IMG/VR virus record: IMGVR_UViG_3300024344_003321
Coordinates: 1 to 64,000 of that record
Length of the DNA stretch: 64,000 nt
Reading direction: 5' to 3' (one strand)
Origin: a virus
The position numbers and the translations under genes were made by a program. Positions within the stretch are counted from its first letter, which is position 1. Each line of letters starts with the position of its first letter. The notes below the pieces were generated by a model, which worked only from the letters and a program-made list of their open reading frames with translations, was not told where the DNA came from and did not search any database. Below, in pieces: positions 29,121 to 38,190 of the stretch.

Positions 29121-30977
29121 ATGGATATATCATCACAAATTTTATCAGATATTACAGTTTATATGAAATACGCAAGATACTTACCTGAATTGAAAAGGCG
29201 AGAAACTTGGCATGAATTGGTTACGAGAAACAAATCAATGCATATAAAACAATATCCTGATTTAAAAGACGAAATAAATAAAGTTTACAAGTTGGTTTAC
29301 GATAAAAAGATACTACCATCAATGAGAAGTATGCAGTTTGCCGGTAAATCAATCGAAATATCACCAAACAGAGTGTATAATTGTGCATATCTACCAATAG
29401 ACGATTGGCGTAGTTTTGGTGAAACGATGTTTTTATTACTTGGTGGAACTGGTGTAGGTTATTCAGTTCAAAAACATCATGTAGAACAATTACCCGAAAT
29501 ACATCGACCAAATCCAAAAAGAAAACGAAGATTTTTAATAGGTGATTCAATTGAAGGTTGGGCAGATGCTGTAAAGGTATTGATGAAATCATTTTTTCAT
29601 GGTGGTTCACATATCAAATTCGATTTTTCAGATATACGACCCAAAGGTGCTATGTTAATTACAAGTGGTGGAAAAGCACCTGGACCACAACCATTGAAAG
29701 AATGTATTGTAAAAATTCAAGGTATATTAAATCAAAAAGAAAATGGTGATAAACTCACCACATTAGAAGTGCACGATATTGTATGTTATATAGCAGATGC
29801 TGTATTGGCCGGTGGAATAAGACGAGCCGCATTAATATCATTATTTTCAGCAGATGACGATTCAATGATTTCTTGTAAAGTCGGCAATTGGTGGGAAGAA
29901 AATCCACAACGAGGTCGGTCTAACAATTCTGCTGTATTAGTTCGCTCGAAGGTAACAGAGGATTTTTTCTTTGATATATGGGAAAAAATCAAATTGAGTG
30001 GAAGTGGAGAACCTGGCATTTATCTTACAAATGATAAAGATTGGGGGACAAATCCCTGTTGTGAAATAGCTTTAAGACCATATCAATTCTGTAATTTAAC
30101 AGAAGTGAATGTATCAAATGTAGAATCTCAGGATGACTTAAATGAACGAGTTAAGGGTGCTGCATTCATAGGAACTCTACAAGCTGGATATTCAGAGTTT
30201 CATTATTTACGACCGATATGGCAAAGAAATACCGAAAAGGATGCACTCATAGGTGTATCAATGACAGGTATCGCATCCAATAAATTAGATGATTTGGATG
30301 TAACAGAAGCCGCTAATGAAGTTAAAAAAGAAAACAAACGAGTTGCTGATTTATTAGGTATCAAACCAGCGGCAAGATGTACAACTGTTAAACCAGCAGG
30401 TTCAACATCATTAACTTTAGGAACATCAAGTGGTATTCATGCGTGGCATAATGATTTTTATATCAGAAGATTAAGGGTTGGAAAAAACGAAGCAATTTAT
30501 GGGTATCTATCAGAAAATCATCCCGAATTAGTTGAAGATGAATATTTTAGACCACACGATACGGCAGTAATATCTGTTCCACAAAAAGCGCCTGGCGGAG
30601 CTACAATGAGAACCGAATCAGCATTCCAATTATTAGAACGAGTTAAATTCATTAGTGAAAATTATGTTAAAAAAGGACATCGTGGTGGTATGAATACACA
30701 CAATGTTTCAGCAACAATTTCAATAAAAGATGGTGAATGGGATGATGTTGGTAAATGGATGTGGAAAAACAAAAGTGCATATAATGGTTTAAGTATCTTA
30801 CCATATGACGGTGGTTCGTATGTACAAGCTCCATTTGAAGATTGTGAAGAAGCCACATACGAAAAGATGTTAGAAACATTGAAGGAAGTAGATTTATTTA
30901 AGATTGTGGAAGAACAAGATGATACTGATTTAAAGGGTGAGATTGCTTGCTCTGCGAATGGGTGTGAAATAGTATAG
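29121..30977 (+). CDS. nrdJ: Class II (adenosylcobalamin-dependent) ribonucleotide reductase
   Basis: RRETW, YNCAY, GGTGVGYSV, GGIRRAA, TNPCCEI, TTVKPAG, C-terminal CSANGC; no beta-subunit gene nearby. Confidence 0.9.
   Translation: MDISSQILSDITVYMKYARYLPELKRRETWHELVTRNKSMHIKQYPDLKDEINKVYKLVYDKKILPSMRSMQFAGKSIEISPNRVYNCAYLPIDDWRSFGETMFLLLGGTGVGYSVQKHHVEQLPEIHRPNPKRKRRFLIGDSIEGWADAVKVLMKSFFHGGSHIKFDFSDIRPKGAMLITSGGKAPGPQPLKECIVKIQGILNQKENGDKLTTLEVHDIVCYIADAVLAGGIRRAALISLFSADDDSMISCKVGNWWEENPQRGRSNNSAVLVRSKVTEDFFFDIWEKIKLSGSGEPGIYLTNDKDWGTNPCCEIALRPYQFCNLTEVNVSNVESQDDLNERVKGAAFIGTLQAGYSEFHYLRPIWQRNTEKDALIGVSMTGIASNKLDDLDVTEAANEVKKENKRVADLLGIKPAARCTTVKPAGSTSLTLGTSSGIHAWHNDFYIRRLRVGKNEAIYGYLSENHPELVEDEYFRPHDTAVISVPQKAPGGATMRTESAFQLLERVKFISENYVKKGHRGGMNTHNVSATISIKDGEWDDVGKWMWKNKSAYNGLSILPYDGGSYVQAPFEDCEEATYEKMLETLKEVDLFKIVEEQDDTDLKGEIACSANGCEIV
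30931..30977 (+). repeat. Direct repeat copy 1 (nrdJ 3' end)
   Basis: TAAAGGGTGAGATTGCTTGCTCTGCGAATGGGTGTGAAATAGTATAG; near-identical copy at 31634. Confidence 0.85.
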
Positions 30978-30986
30978 GAGAAACTG

Positions 30987-31586
30987 ATGAATGAAATAAC
31001 ATTAGAACATATAGCAAACGCCATTAAAGGTGGTGATGTAGATGAAATTAACGAGGCATCGCTTGGTAGAGTTTACCAACACATTACAAAAGAAGCAAGT
31101 AAGAGTTTCGCAATCATCACAGCATTTCGAGGTGGTTATTCAACAAAACAAAACAAATCCAGAAATAAACAATTGGGTTCGGATATTCGTGGATTGGGAG
31201 TGGGATTTTTCAAAGTAACTGGATATTGGGTTGAATGTCAAGATGACAGTATAGAATATGATGATTGTCCAGAAGACCAAAAGAAACCAGTTAAAGAATT
31301 TAGTTATTTTGTTCCGGATATATCAAAACAAGATGCTGTTAAATTGGCTAAGAAATATGACCAAGATGCTATTGTGTATCAAGGTGAAGAAACAAATCAG
31401 AAAGTTGAATTGATTAGTAAGACAGGTTCATCTATTATGAAACTTGGTAAATTTTCAGCAAATAAAATAAAACAAGCTTATACACAAATAAAAGGTAGTA
31501 CATTTGTGTTTGAAGGATTTAGATATAAACCAACAGGGCAGTTGGAAAATATAGCATTTAATGCGTATTTAAAAAATATTGTATAA
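30987..31586 (+). CDS. Hypothetical protein (DUF3293-like)
   Basis: FAIITAFR...NKSRNKQL..DI, G.W.E, E.SYFV, AVKLAKKYDQDAIVY. Confidence 0.55.
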   Translation: MNEITLEHIANAIKGGDVDEINEASLGRVYQHITKEASKSFAIITAFRGGYSTKQNKSRNKQLGSDIRGLGVGFFKVTGYWVECQDDSIEYDDCPEDQKKPVKEFSYFVPDISKQDAVKLAKKYDQDAIVYQGEETNQKVELISKTGSSIMKLGKFSANKIKQAYTQIKGSTFVFEGFRYKPTGQLENIAFNAYLKNIV

Positions 31587-31633
31587 TTGTGTTGTTTTAT
31601 ATATTAAAAATGGTGTAAGTGACAGAATCAATA

Positions 31634-31679
31634 TAAAGGGTGGGTTGCTTGCTCTGCGAATGAGTGCGAAATAGTTTAA
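31634..31679 (+). repeat. Direct repeat copy 2 (orphan nrdJ 3' end)
   Basis: TAAAGGGTGGGTTGCTTGCTCTGCGAATGAGTGCGAAATAGTTTAA, which reads VACSANECEIV*. Confidence 0.85.
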
Positions 31680-31685
31680 AAAAAG

Positions 31686-31719
31686 CTTGGTTTATATACT
31701 AATTGCATCGTATAATATA
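31686..31719 (+). promoter_or_regulatory. Putative early promoter
   Basis: cTTGGTT(31687)-N18-TATAAT(31711)ata. Confidence 0.65.
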
Positions 31720-31752
31720 GTATAATCATTAACAATAAATAAAGGTAAGAAC

Positions 31753-32985
31753 ATGAAGAACATTATAATAATATTAATGCTAATACTATCTGGGTGTGAA
31801 ACGGACACTTTACTAAATAATAATCCACAAGACCACACTATATTACAATTAAACAAATCAATTCCTAACCATGAAACTGATATAATAAGTGGTTACGAAG
31901 TTAACCCTCCAGGGTTATACCCATTTATGGCTTCAGTACAATATAATTCAGGTACTATGCACCAATGTGGTGGTATATTGATTGACCCAGAATGGGTATT
32001 GACTGCAGCACATTGCGTTGGTACGGGAAATCCATCAGCTTATTACATAAGAATTGGTGGGCATGAAATATTTGACAGTCCTGAACTGATAAGTGTAGAT
32101 GAAGTAATACAGCATCCCTTATGGGAAACTGATTTTTCAAATATGCTATGGCACGATATAGCATTACTACATTTAAGCACACCATCAGAATATACACCGA
32201 TTGAATTGATAGATGATATAGCTTTAGAATCAATTGGTGTGGCTAAAACTATGGGTTGGGGTGACACTATGTGGTTAGGTGAAAACTCAGATGTATTGTT
32301 AGAAATTGATTTACCACTTATTAATGATTGTTATATTCTTAATCCAGATTTAACGGATGATATTATTTGTGCTGGTGATGGGATATATGCAGGTAACCCT
32401 CAATCACCTGCACATGGAGATTCGGGTGGGCCATTAATTGTAGATGACAATGGTACATGGAAATTAGTTGGAGTCGTAAGTTGGGTTAGTTATTATAATC
32501 CATCTGGTTTTTCTCGAATATGGTCTCAAAAAGATTGGATTTATAGTATCATTGGGTACCCTCAAATTGAACCTTATTTTAGAATATATATAAAATCAGT
32601 TGTAGGGAATGTGATTAGAGTTGGACTTGAAAATACACATTCAGTTGGGTTTTTTAGGTTTCAATTGACTTCCAGTGACTCCTCATTTTGGATGACTAAT
32701 ACCTACGGTGCACCTGGGAGTGGGTGTTACCCCCAATTGCTAGAAATGGCAAGTTCATATCAATTTAGTGTTACAGGTAATTGCAGTGGCTTTCAACCCC
32801 CCGGTGGTGATTTTGTAGATGTTGAATATTGGAGGTCAGGTGAAGGTTCATTTGAAATCTGTGTAACTCCACATGATGAATGGCCTACTATTATTGAGTC
32901 GAGTGGACCACCAGTACCTGTTATTACAGATGATGAATGTAAGGTGTTTCATGTTGGAGAAATTGAGGATAATGAGTTTAAATAA
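31753..32985 (+). CDS. Lipoprotein S1 (trypsin/chymotrypsin-fold) serine protease with C-terminal beta domain
   Basis: Lipobox MKNIIIILMLILSG|C; IISG mature N-terminus; LTAAHC, DIALL and GDSGGP catalytic triad motifs. Confidence 0.9.
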   Translation: MKNIIIILMLILSGCETDTLLNNNPQDHTILQLNKSIPNHETDIISGYEVNPPGLYPFMASVQYNSGTMHQCGGILIDPEWVLTAAHCVGTGNPSAYYIRIGGHEIFDSPELISVDEVIQHPLWETDFSNMLWHDIALLHLSTPSEYTPIELIDDIALESIGVAKTMGWGDTMWLGENSDVLLEIDLPLINDCYILNPDLTDDIICAGDGIYAGNPQSPAHGDSGGPLIVDDNGTWKLVGVVSWVSYYNPSGFSRIWSQKDWIYSIIGYPQIEPYFRIYIKSVVGNVIRVGLENTHSVGFFRFQLTSSDSSFWMTNTYGAPGSGCYPQLLEMASSYQFSVTGNCSGFQPPGGDFVDVEYWRSGEGSFEICVTPHDEWPTIIESSGPPVPVITDDECKVFHVGEIEDNEFK

Positions 32986-32987
32986 AT

Positions 32988-33413
32988 ATGGAACTTAAGG
33001 TTAAACGATTAACAAAAACATCTCGATTACCCGAAAAGGCACACATAGGTGATTTAGGATATGATATATTTGCTGATGAAAGTAAAATGATAGAATCGGG
33101 TGATTACAAATTAATATCAACAGGAATTTCAATCAATTGTTCAAGTAACAATTATGGGTTTCTTATTAAGGATAGAAGTTCAATGGCGTGCAAAGGTTTG
33201 TTTACTCACGCAGGAGTTATTGATGCTGGATATACAGGTGAAATAAAAGTCTTATTTCATAATTCAAATTCAGATGCAGATGCGATAATTGAAAAGGGTG
33301 ATAAGATTGCTCAACTCATTCCAACCAAAGTTATAGGATTTGAAATACAGGAAGTGGATGAATTGTTTAATACGAAGAGAGGAAGTAATGGATTCGGAAG
33401 TACCGGAAAGTAG
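32988..33413 (+). CDS. dut: dUTPase
   Basis: GYDIF, RSS, GVIDAGYTGEI, GDKIAQL, RGSNGFGSTG. Confidence 0.95.
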   Translation: MELKVKRLTKTSRLPEKAHIGDLGYDIFADESKMIESGDYKLISTGISINCSSNNYGFLIKDRSSMACKGLFTHAGVIDAGYTGEIKVLFHNSNSDADAIIEKGDKIAQLIPTKVIGFEIQEVDELFNTKRGSNGFGSTGK

Positions 33414-33660
33414 TTACAGAAAGAAATTTCCAAAGGGTAAAGATTGGGTTCAACCGACACCAAATCCTCATGGATTTTGTGGATTAAATCCTGATTCATA
33501 TCATGGGATGGAAACGGTAGCTATTGATATAGAAAAATATAACAAATTAATGAGAGATTTCAGTCGAGTGGTGGTTGCATTGAACCAATTATTACAAGAA
33601 AATCCAGAAGATGGTTATATAAAAACGGTGCTCCAAGATGTTGGAGTTCACCCTAAATAA
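33388..33660 (+). CDS. Hypothetical protein
   Basis: ORF 33340..33660; likely start ATG 33388 after GAGAGGA. Confidence 0.5.
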   Translation: MDSEVPESSYRKKFPKGKDWVQPTPNPHGFCGLNPDSYHGMETVAIDIEKYNKLMRDFSRVVVALNQLLQENPEDGYIKTVLQDVGVHPK

Positions 33661-33670
33661 AAGGTTATAG

Positions 33671-36202
33671 ATGTATCAAAATATATGGGTTAATAGAAAA
33701 CAAAAGAGTATAGAAGTACATTTATGGGACGATGTTGCTGGCTATAGTAAATTTCAACATAAAACTTATGCATATAAAAAATCACCTGCAGGCACATATC
33801 AATCATTTTATGGTGATAAATTAAAAAAAGTTAATTTTTGGACACAAGACGATTTAGAGCAGAATTTAATGTTTGAATCGGATGTTCCACTGGAAACCCG
33901 CCTCTTAATTGATAATTACTATGATTCAGATGAAGTATCAACGGGGCACAGGGAACTGATATTTGATATAGAGGTTGAAGTAACAGATGGGTTTCCAGAC
34001 CCACATGCTGCTACCAATAAAATCACGGCTATAGCAATGTATGATAAAGTTATGGATAGTTATACATGTTTAGTATTGGGTAATGTTGATGCGTATGGAG
34101 ATGGTAACACGAGCATTGAATCGTTTGAAAGTGAAGAGGAATTATTGCAGCGGTTTTATCAAAAATACCTTGAAATATCTCCTACAATAATTAGTGGTTG
34201 GAACACTGACTTTTTTGATGTTCCGTATTTATATAATAGAAGTACCAGAGTAGTTGGTCAGCATGTAGCAGATATGTTATCCCCAATTGGTCAAGTATTT
34301 TGGTCCGAGCATAAAAATAGATACAAAATAGCAGGTGTATCTCAATTGGATTATTTACCTTTATATCGATTATTTACTTATTCACAACAATCATCATATA
34401 GATTAGATTTTATTGGGCAACTTGAAGTCGGTATAGGTAAAATTGAATATGAAGGTACATTACAGAGTTTATATGAAACTGATTTAGAAAAGTATATAGA
34501 ATACAATTTGAATGATGTGAAAATTGTAAAAGCACTTGATGATAAATTAAAATTTATTGATTTAGCTAAAGGTGTAGCACATTTAGGTCATATTCCATAT
34601 GAAGAGGTATTTTTAAGTAGTAGATATTTAGAGGGTGCTATCCTTGTTTATATGAAAAATATAGGAGTAGTTGCACCAAATAAAATACTTGGTAATTCAT
34701 ATGGTGATGATTTGAAATTTAGTGGGGCGTATGTAAAAACTCCAATCCCAGGTAGATATGACTGGGTTTATGATTTGGATTTAACATCAATGTATCCATC
34801 CACTATTATGACATTGAATATATCGCCGGAAATGAAGCTTGGTAAATTAGATGGTTGGGATGCAGAGGAATTCATTAAAAATACAGATAAAACTTATACA
34901 TTTACTAAAAATAGTCGTATAAAAACAAAACTACCTGAATCCTTTAATAATGAAGAATTACAAATGGTATTCGATAATAATAATATTTCAGTAGCAGCAA
35001 ATGGGGTATTATATAGAAATGACAAAAAGGGGTTAATCCCATCTATATTGTCAAAGTGGTTTACTGAACGGTTAGAGTATAAGAGGTTAGCTAAAAAATA
35101 TAATGACGATGGTGATACTGACCAATTTGGTTATTTTAATAGACGGCAACATGTACAGAAAATTTTGTTAAATTCTATGTATGGTGTATTAGGTTCACCA
35201 ACTTTTAGATTTTATGACATTGATAATGCAGAAGCTGTAACAACCACTGGAGTGTCATTGATAAAATATACTCAGCGAATGGCTAATTATTATTACAATA
35301 ATGAATTGGGTGATGATAAGGATTATGTTATATATACTGATACGGATTCCATATTTTGCTCAGCTGTTCCATTAGTAAAACATAGGAAGCCAAACATTGA
35401 TGTTACAGATAATGATATAATGACAGCAGAAATATTAACTATAGCATCCGAAGTGCAAGACTTTTTAAATAAATCGTATGATGTGTTTGCTCTACGCTTA
35501 CTAAATGTAAAGGGTGACCATAGGTTCGATATAAAACAAGAAGTGATTGCTAAGAGTGGGTTTTGGGTCACAAAGAAACGATACGGTCAGTGGATTATAA
35601 ATGATGGTGGTTTTGCATGTGATAAATTAGATGTTAAGGGGTTGGATATAGTTAGAAGTAATTTTCCACCAGCATTCAGAGATTTAATGACTTTTGTTTT
35701 AAAGAATATTTTGAACAAAGCCGATAAGGATATTATTGATAACAAAATACTGACCTTTAAAAAACAAATGAAAAACAAACCTATTATTGATATTGCATTA
35801 CCAACTGGTGTAAAGGGATTAAAAAAATATATTGATAGGCGCGCCAGAGGTTTTAAATCTACGCAACAGTTTGTTAAGATAAAAAAAGGGTGTCCAGCTC
35901 ATGTAAGGGCAGCTATTCGGTATAATGATTTATTGAAATATTATGGGAAAACAAATTATGAACCAATTAGGAATTCAGATAAAATAAAATGGACATATTT
36001 GAAGCAAAACCCATTTAATTTGGATAAAATAGCATTTAAAGGTTATGATGACCCCCCTGAAATAATGGAGTTTATTGAACAATATATAGATTACAATCAA
36101 TTATTCGAGGGACAATTAAAAAAGAAAATATCAATGTTCTATGATGCATTAAAATGGTCACTGCCAGTAGATAAAAAAAATACATTAGAAAGGTTTTTTT
36201 AA
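33671..36202 (+). CDS. Family B DNA polymerase (gp43-like)
   Basis: Exonuclease motifs FDIEV, GWNTDFFD, YNLNDV; polymerase motifs DLTSMYPS, KILLNSMYG, YTDTDS, KKRY. Confidence 0.95.
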   Translation: MYQNIWVNRKQKSIEVHLWDDVAGYSKFQHKTYAYKKSPAGTYQSFYGDKLKKVNFWTQDDLEQNLMFESDVPLETRLLIDNYYDSDEVSTGHRELIFDIEVEVTDGFPDPHAATNKITAIAMYDKVMDSYTCLVLGNVDAYGDGNTSIESFESEEELLQRFYQKYLEISPTIISGWNTDFFDVPYLYNRSTRVVGQHVADMLSPIGQVFWSEHKNRYKIAGVSQLDYLPLYRLFTYSQQSSYRLDFIGQLEVGIGKIEYEGTLQSLYETDLEKYIEYNLNDVKIVKALDDKLKFIDLAKGVAHLGHIPYEEVFLSSRYLEGAILVYMKNIGVVAPNKILGNSYGDDLKFSGAYVKTPIPGRYDWVYDLDLTSMYPSTIMTLNISPEMKLGKLDGWDAEEFIKNTDKTYTFTKNSRIKTKLPESFNNEELQMVFDNNNISVAANGVLYRNDKKGLIPSILSKWFTERLEYKRLAKKYNDDGDTDQFGYFNRRQHVQKILLNSMYGVLGSPTFRFYDIDNAEAVTTTGVSLIKYTQRMANYYYNNELGDDKDYVIYTDTDSIFCSAVPLVKHRKPNIDVTDNDIMTAEILTIASEVQDFLNKSYDVFALRLLNVKGDHRFDIKQEVIAKSGFWVTKKRYGQWIINDGGFACDKLDVKGLDIVRSNFPPAFRDLMTFVLKNILNKADKDIIDNKILTFKKQMKNKPIIDIALPTGVKGLKKYIDRRARGFKSTQQFVKIKKGCPAHVRAAIRYNDLLKYYGKTNYEPIRNSDKIKWTYLKQNPFNLDKIAFKGYDDPPEIMEFIEQYIDYNQLFEGQLKKKISMFYDALKWSLPVDKKNTLERFF

Positions 36203-36236
36203 CTTGGTTTGTATTGGTTATTTTTCGTATATTATA
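36203..36236 (+). promoter_or_regulatory. Putative early promoter of the deazaguanine cluster
   Basis: cTTGGTT(36204)-N18-TATATT(36228)ata. Confidence 0.65.
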
Positions 36237-36259
36237 AATATTAGAAACGAGGTAAAAAT

Positions 36260-36808
36260 ATGCAGTATATAACACGCTCCGGTACATTTGATTCTGGACA
36301 TCGAGTAATGAATGAGGCAATGAAATGTTTTAATCTACATGGTCACACTTATTTGTATGATTTGACTTTCTCATTCAATTCTATGAAGGATATAGGTTAT
36401 CAGATAGATTTCAAGGAAATTAAAAGAGTAGCATGTCAATGGATAGATGATAAATTAGACCACGGGTTCATAGCTAACTCAAAAGATGTAAATTATATCG
36501 AAGTGGCTCTAAAAGAAGGTAGTAAAGTGTGGGAGATGTCATTAGAAGGAATTGGTAAGTATTGCAATCCATCTGCTGAAAATGTAGTTAAAGAAATATT
36601 TTTAGCTATGGAAATTCTATTTGAAGGATATGATGATTTAAATATCTATGAAATTAAATTAAATGAAACACCCAAATGTTATACTATTTGTAATTCAGAA
36701 TCTATAAGCGATAGTGATAGAAGTAATTTTAAAAATGTTAGGTACAAGGAAATAAAACAATATGCAGATGATAAGGGGATTGTAGAATACGATGACAGAC
36801 TACAATAA
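36260..36808 (+). CDS. queD: 6-carboxytetrahydropterin synthase
   Basis: FDSGHR, CFNLHGHTY, IDFKEIK, LDH, NPSAEN, ETP. Confidence 0.88.
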   Translation: MQYITRSGTFDSGHRVMNEAMKCFNLHGHTYLYDLTFSFNSMKDIGYQIDFKEIKRVACQWIDDKLDHGFIANSKDVNYIEVALKEGSKVWEMSLEGIGKYCNPSAENVVKEIFLAMEILFEGYDDLNIYEIKLNETPKCYTICNSESISDSDRSNFKNVRYKEIKQYADDKGIVEYDDRLQ

Positions 36809-37544
36809 AAATCAACCATTAGGAGAAACATACGCTTGTTTACAGGGTGAGGGTAAATATATGGGTATTCCTCATATTTTGATACGAGTCACTGGATGTC
36901 GGCTAAGATGTCAATTTTCAGATTCGTTTTGTGATACACCGTACGCTTCGTGGACACCTGAAAAAGGTAAATATACTTTAAATGATGTTGTTGAATTTTA
37001 TGAAAATAATAAACATATAAGCCACACCATGATAACGGGGGGCGGGCCAACATTACACGCTGAATTGTTAAAAGAGTTATGCATTATAGGTAAGACATAT
37101 AACCATACAATTACAATAGAAACAGAAGGTTCGGAGTTTGTTCAAACTGTGGCTGATTGTATTTCACTATCACCGAAATTAAGTAATTCAACACCACAGC
37201 CGGGTTCTTGGATGGAATATGCCAATAGAGCAGTCACTAAAAAGGATAAACAGCAACATGAAAAGTGGAGATGTAATTATAAAGCTATGAAACAATTAAT
37301 TACAAAACATCCAGATTATCAGTTAAAACCTGTTATATCAAATGAAAAAGATTTAGATGAAGTAAAAGAGTTACAACATATATTAGATATACCGAACAAT
37401 AAAGTTTGGTTAATGCCTGAGGGTTTGGTAGAAGAACAATTAAATGAACGAAGGAGATGGTTGATGGAATTGTGTACACAAAATGGATACAATTATACAG
37501 ATAGATTACACATAATAGCTTATGGAGATACACGCGGGGTATGA
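36792..37544 (+). CDS. queE: 7-carboxy-7-deazaguanine synthase (radical SAM)
   Basis: LQGEG, GCRLRC......FCDT, ITGGGP, IETEG, SLSPK, RLH. Confidence 0.9.
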   Translation: MTDYNKNQPLGETYACLQGEGKYMGIPHILIRVTGCRLRCQFSDSFCDTPYASWTPEKGKYTLNDVVEFYENNKHISHTMITGGGPTLHAELLKELCIIGKTYNHTITIETEGSEFVQTVADCISLSPKLSNSTPQPGSWMEYANRAVTKKDKQQHEKWRCNYKAMKQLITKHPDYQLKPVISNEKDLDEVKELQHILDIPNNKVWLMPEGLVEEQLNERRRWLMELCTQNGYNYTDRLHIIAYGDTRGV

Positions 37545-38182
37545 AAATATTACAAAAATTAGGGTATGCCAATGGTAATATACCATTGACAGGTGAAGAA
37601 AAACAAGAAATGATTAGAGAAGCAGCTGAACACTATGGTCGGTATATGAATGCTTTACGAATCGATTGGAGAAACGACCCAAATTCATCTGATACTCCTA
37701 TGAGAGTTGCGAAGGCCTTTGTTAATGATTTGGCTGAGGGTTGTTATAACGAAGAACCTAAGGTAACAGCATTCGATAATTTAGATAAATATGATGGTAT
37801 GGTATTTCAAGGTAACATTACAGTAAATTCATTTTGTTCACATCATCATTTACCGTTTGTAGGTGTAGCTCATGTAGCTTATATTCCAAGTATTGATGGT
37901 AAAATAATTGGGTTAAGTAAATTAAATAGAATTGTTGAACATTATGCAAGACGACCTCAAGTACAGGAAAATTTGACAATGCAAATTCATAACCACATCG
38001 ATTCTGTATGTGATGGTAATTTAGGTGTAGCAGTGATGGTATCAGCCAATCACATGTGTGCTTGCGTTCGTGGTGTTAGACATGATGCTACAATGAAAAC
38101 ATCTAAATTGAGTAAGGAGTTTTTAAACGGTGAGAGCAGGTCAAGCTCAGAATTTTATAGTTTTATTAACGGATTAAAATAG
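37541..38182 (+). CDS. folE: GTP cyclohydrolase I
   Basis: [43 protein letters not shown]. Confidence 0.95.
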   Translation: MKILQKLGYANGNIPLTGEEKQEMIREAAEHYGRYMNALRIDWRNDPNSSDTPMRVAKAFVNDLAEGCYNEEPKVTAFDNLDKYDGMVFQGNITVNSFCSHHHLPFVGVAHVAYIPSIDGKIIGLSKLNRIVEHYARRPQVQENLTMQIHNHIDSVCDGNLGVAVMVSANHMCACVRGVRHDATMKTSKLSKEFLNGESRSSSEFYSFINGLK

Positions 38183-38190
38183 GATAATAT

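Noticed and set aside
30931-31679. Diversity-generating retroelement TR/VR pair
   Set aside because: The repeat is short, the mismatches are not confined to adenines of one copy, and no reverse transcriptase is present in the window.
27614-36202. Inteins or introns in helicase, NrdJ or PolB
   Set aside because: Lengths are normal and motifs are contiguous, with no intein-like insertions.
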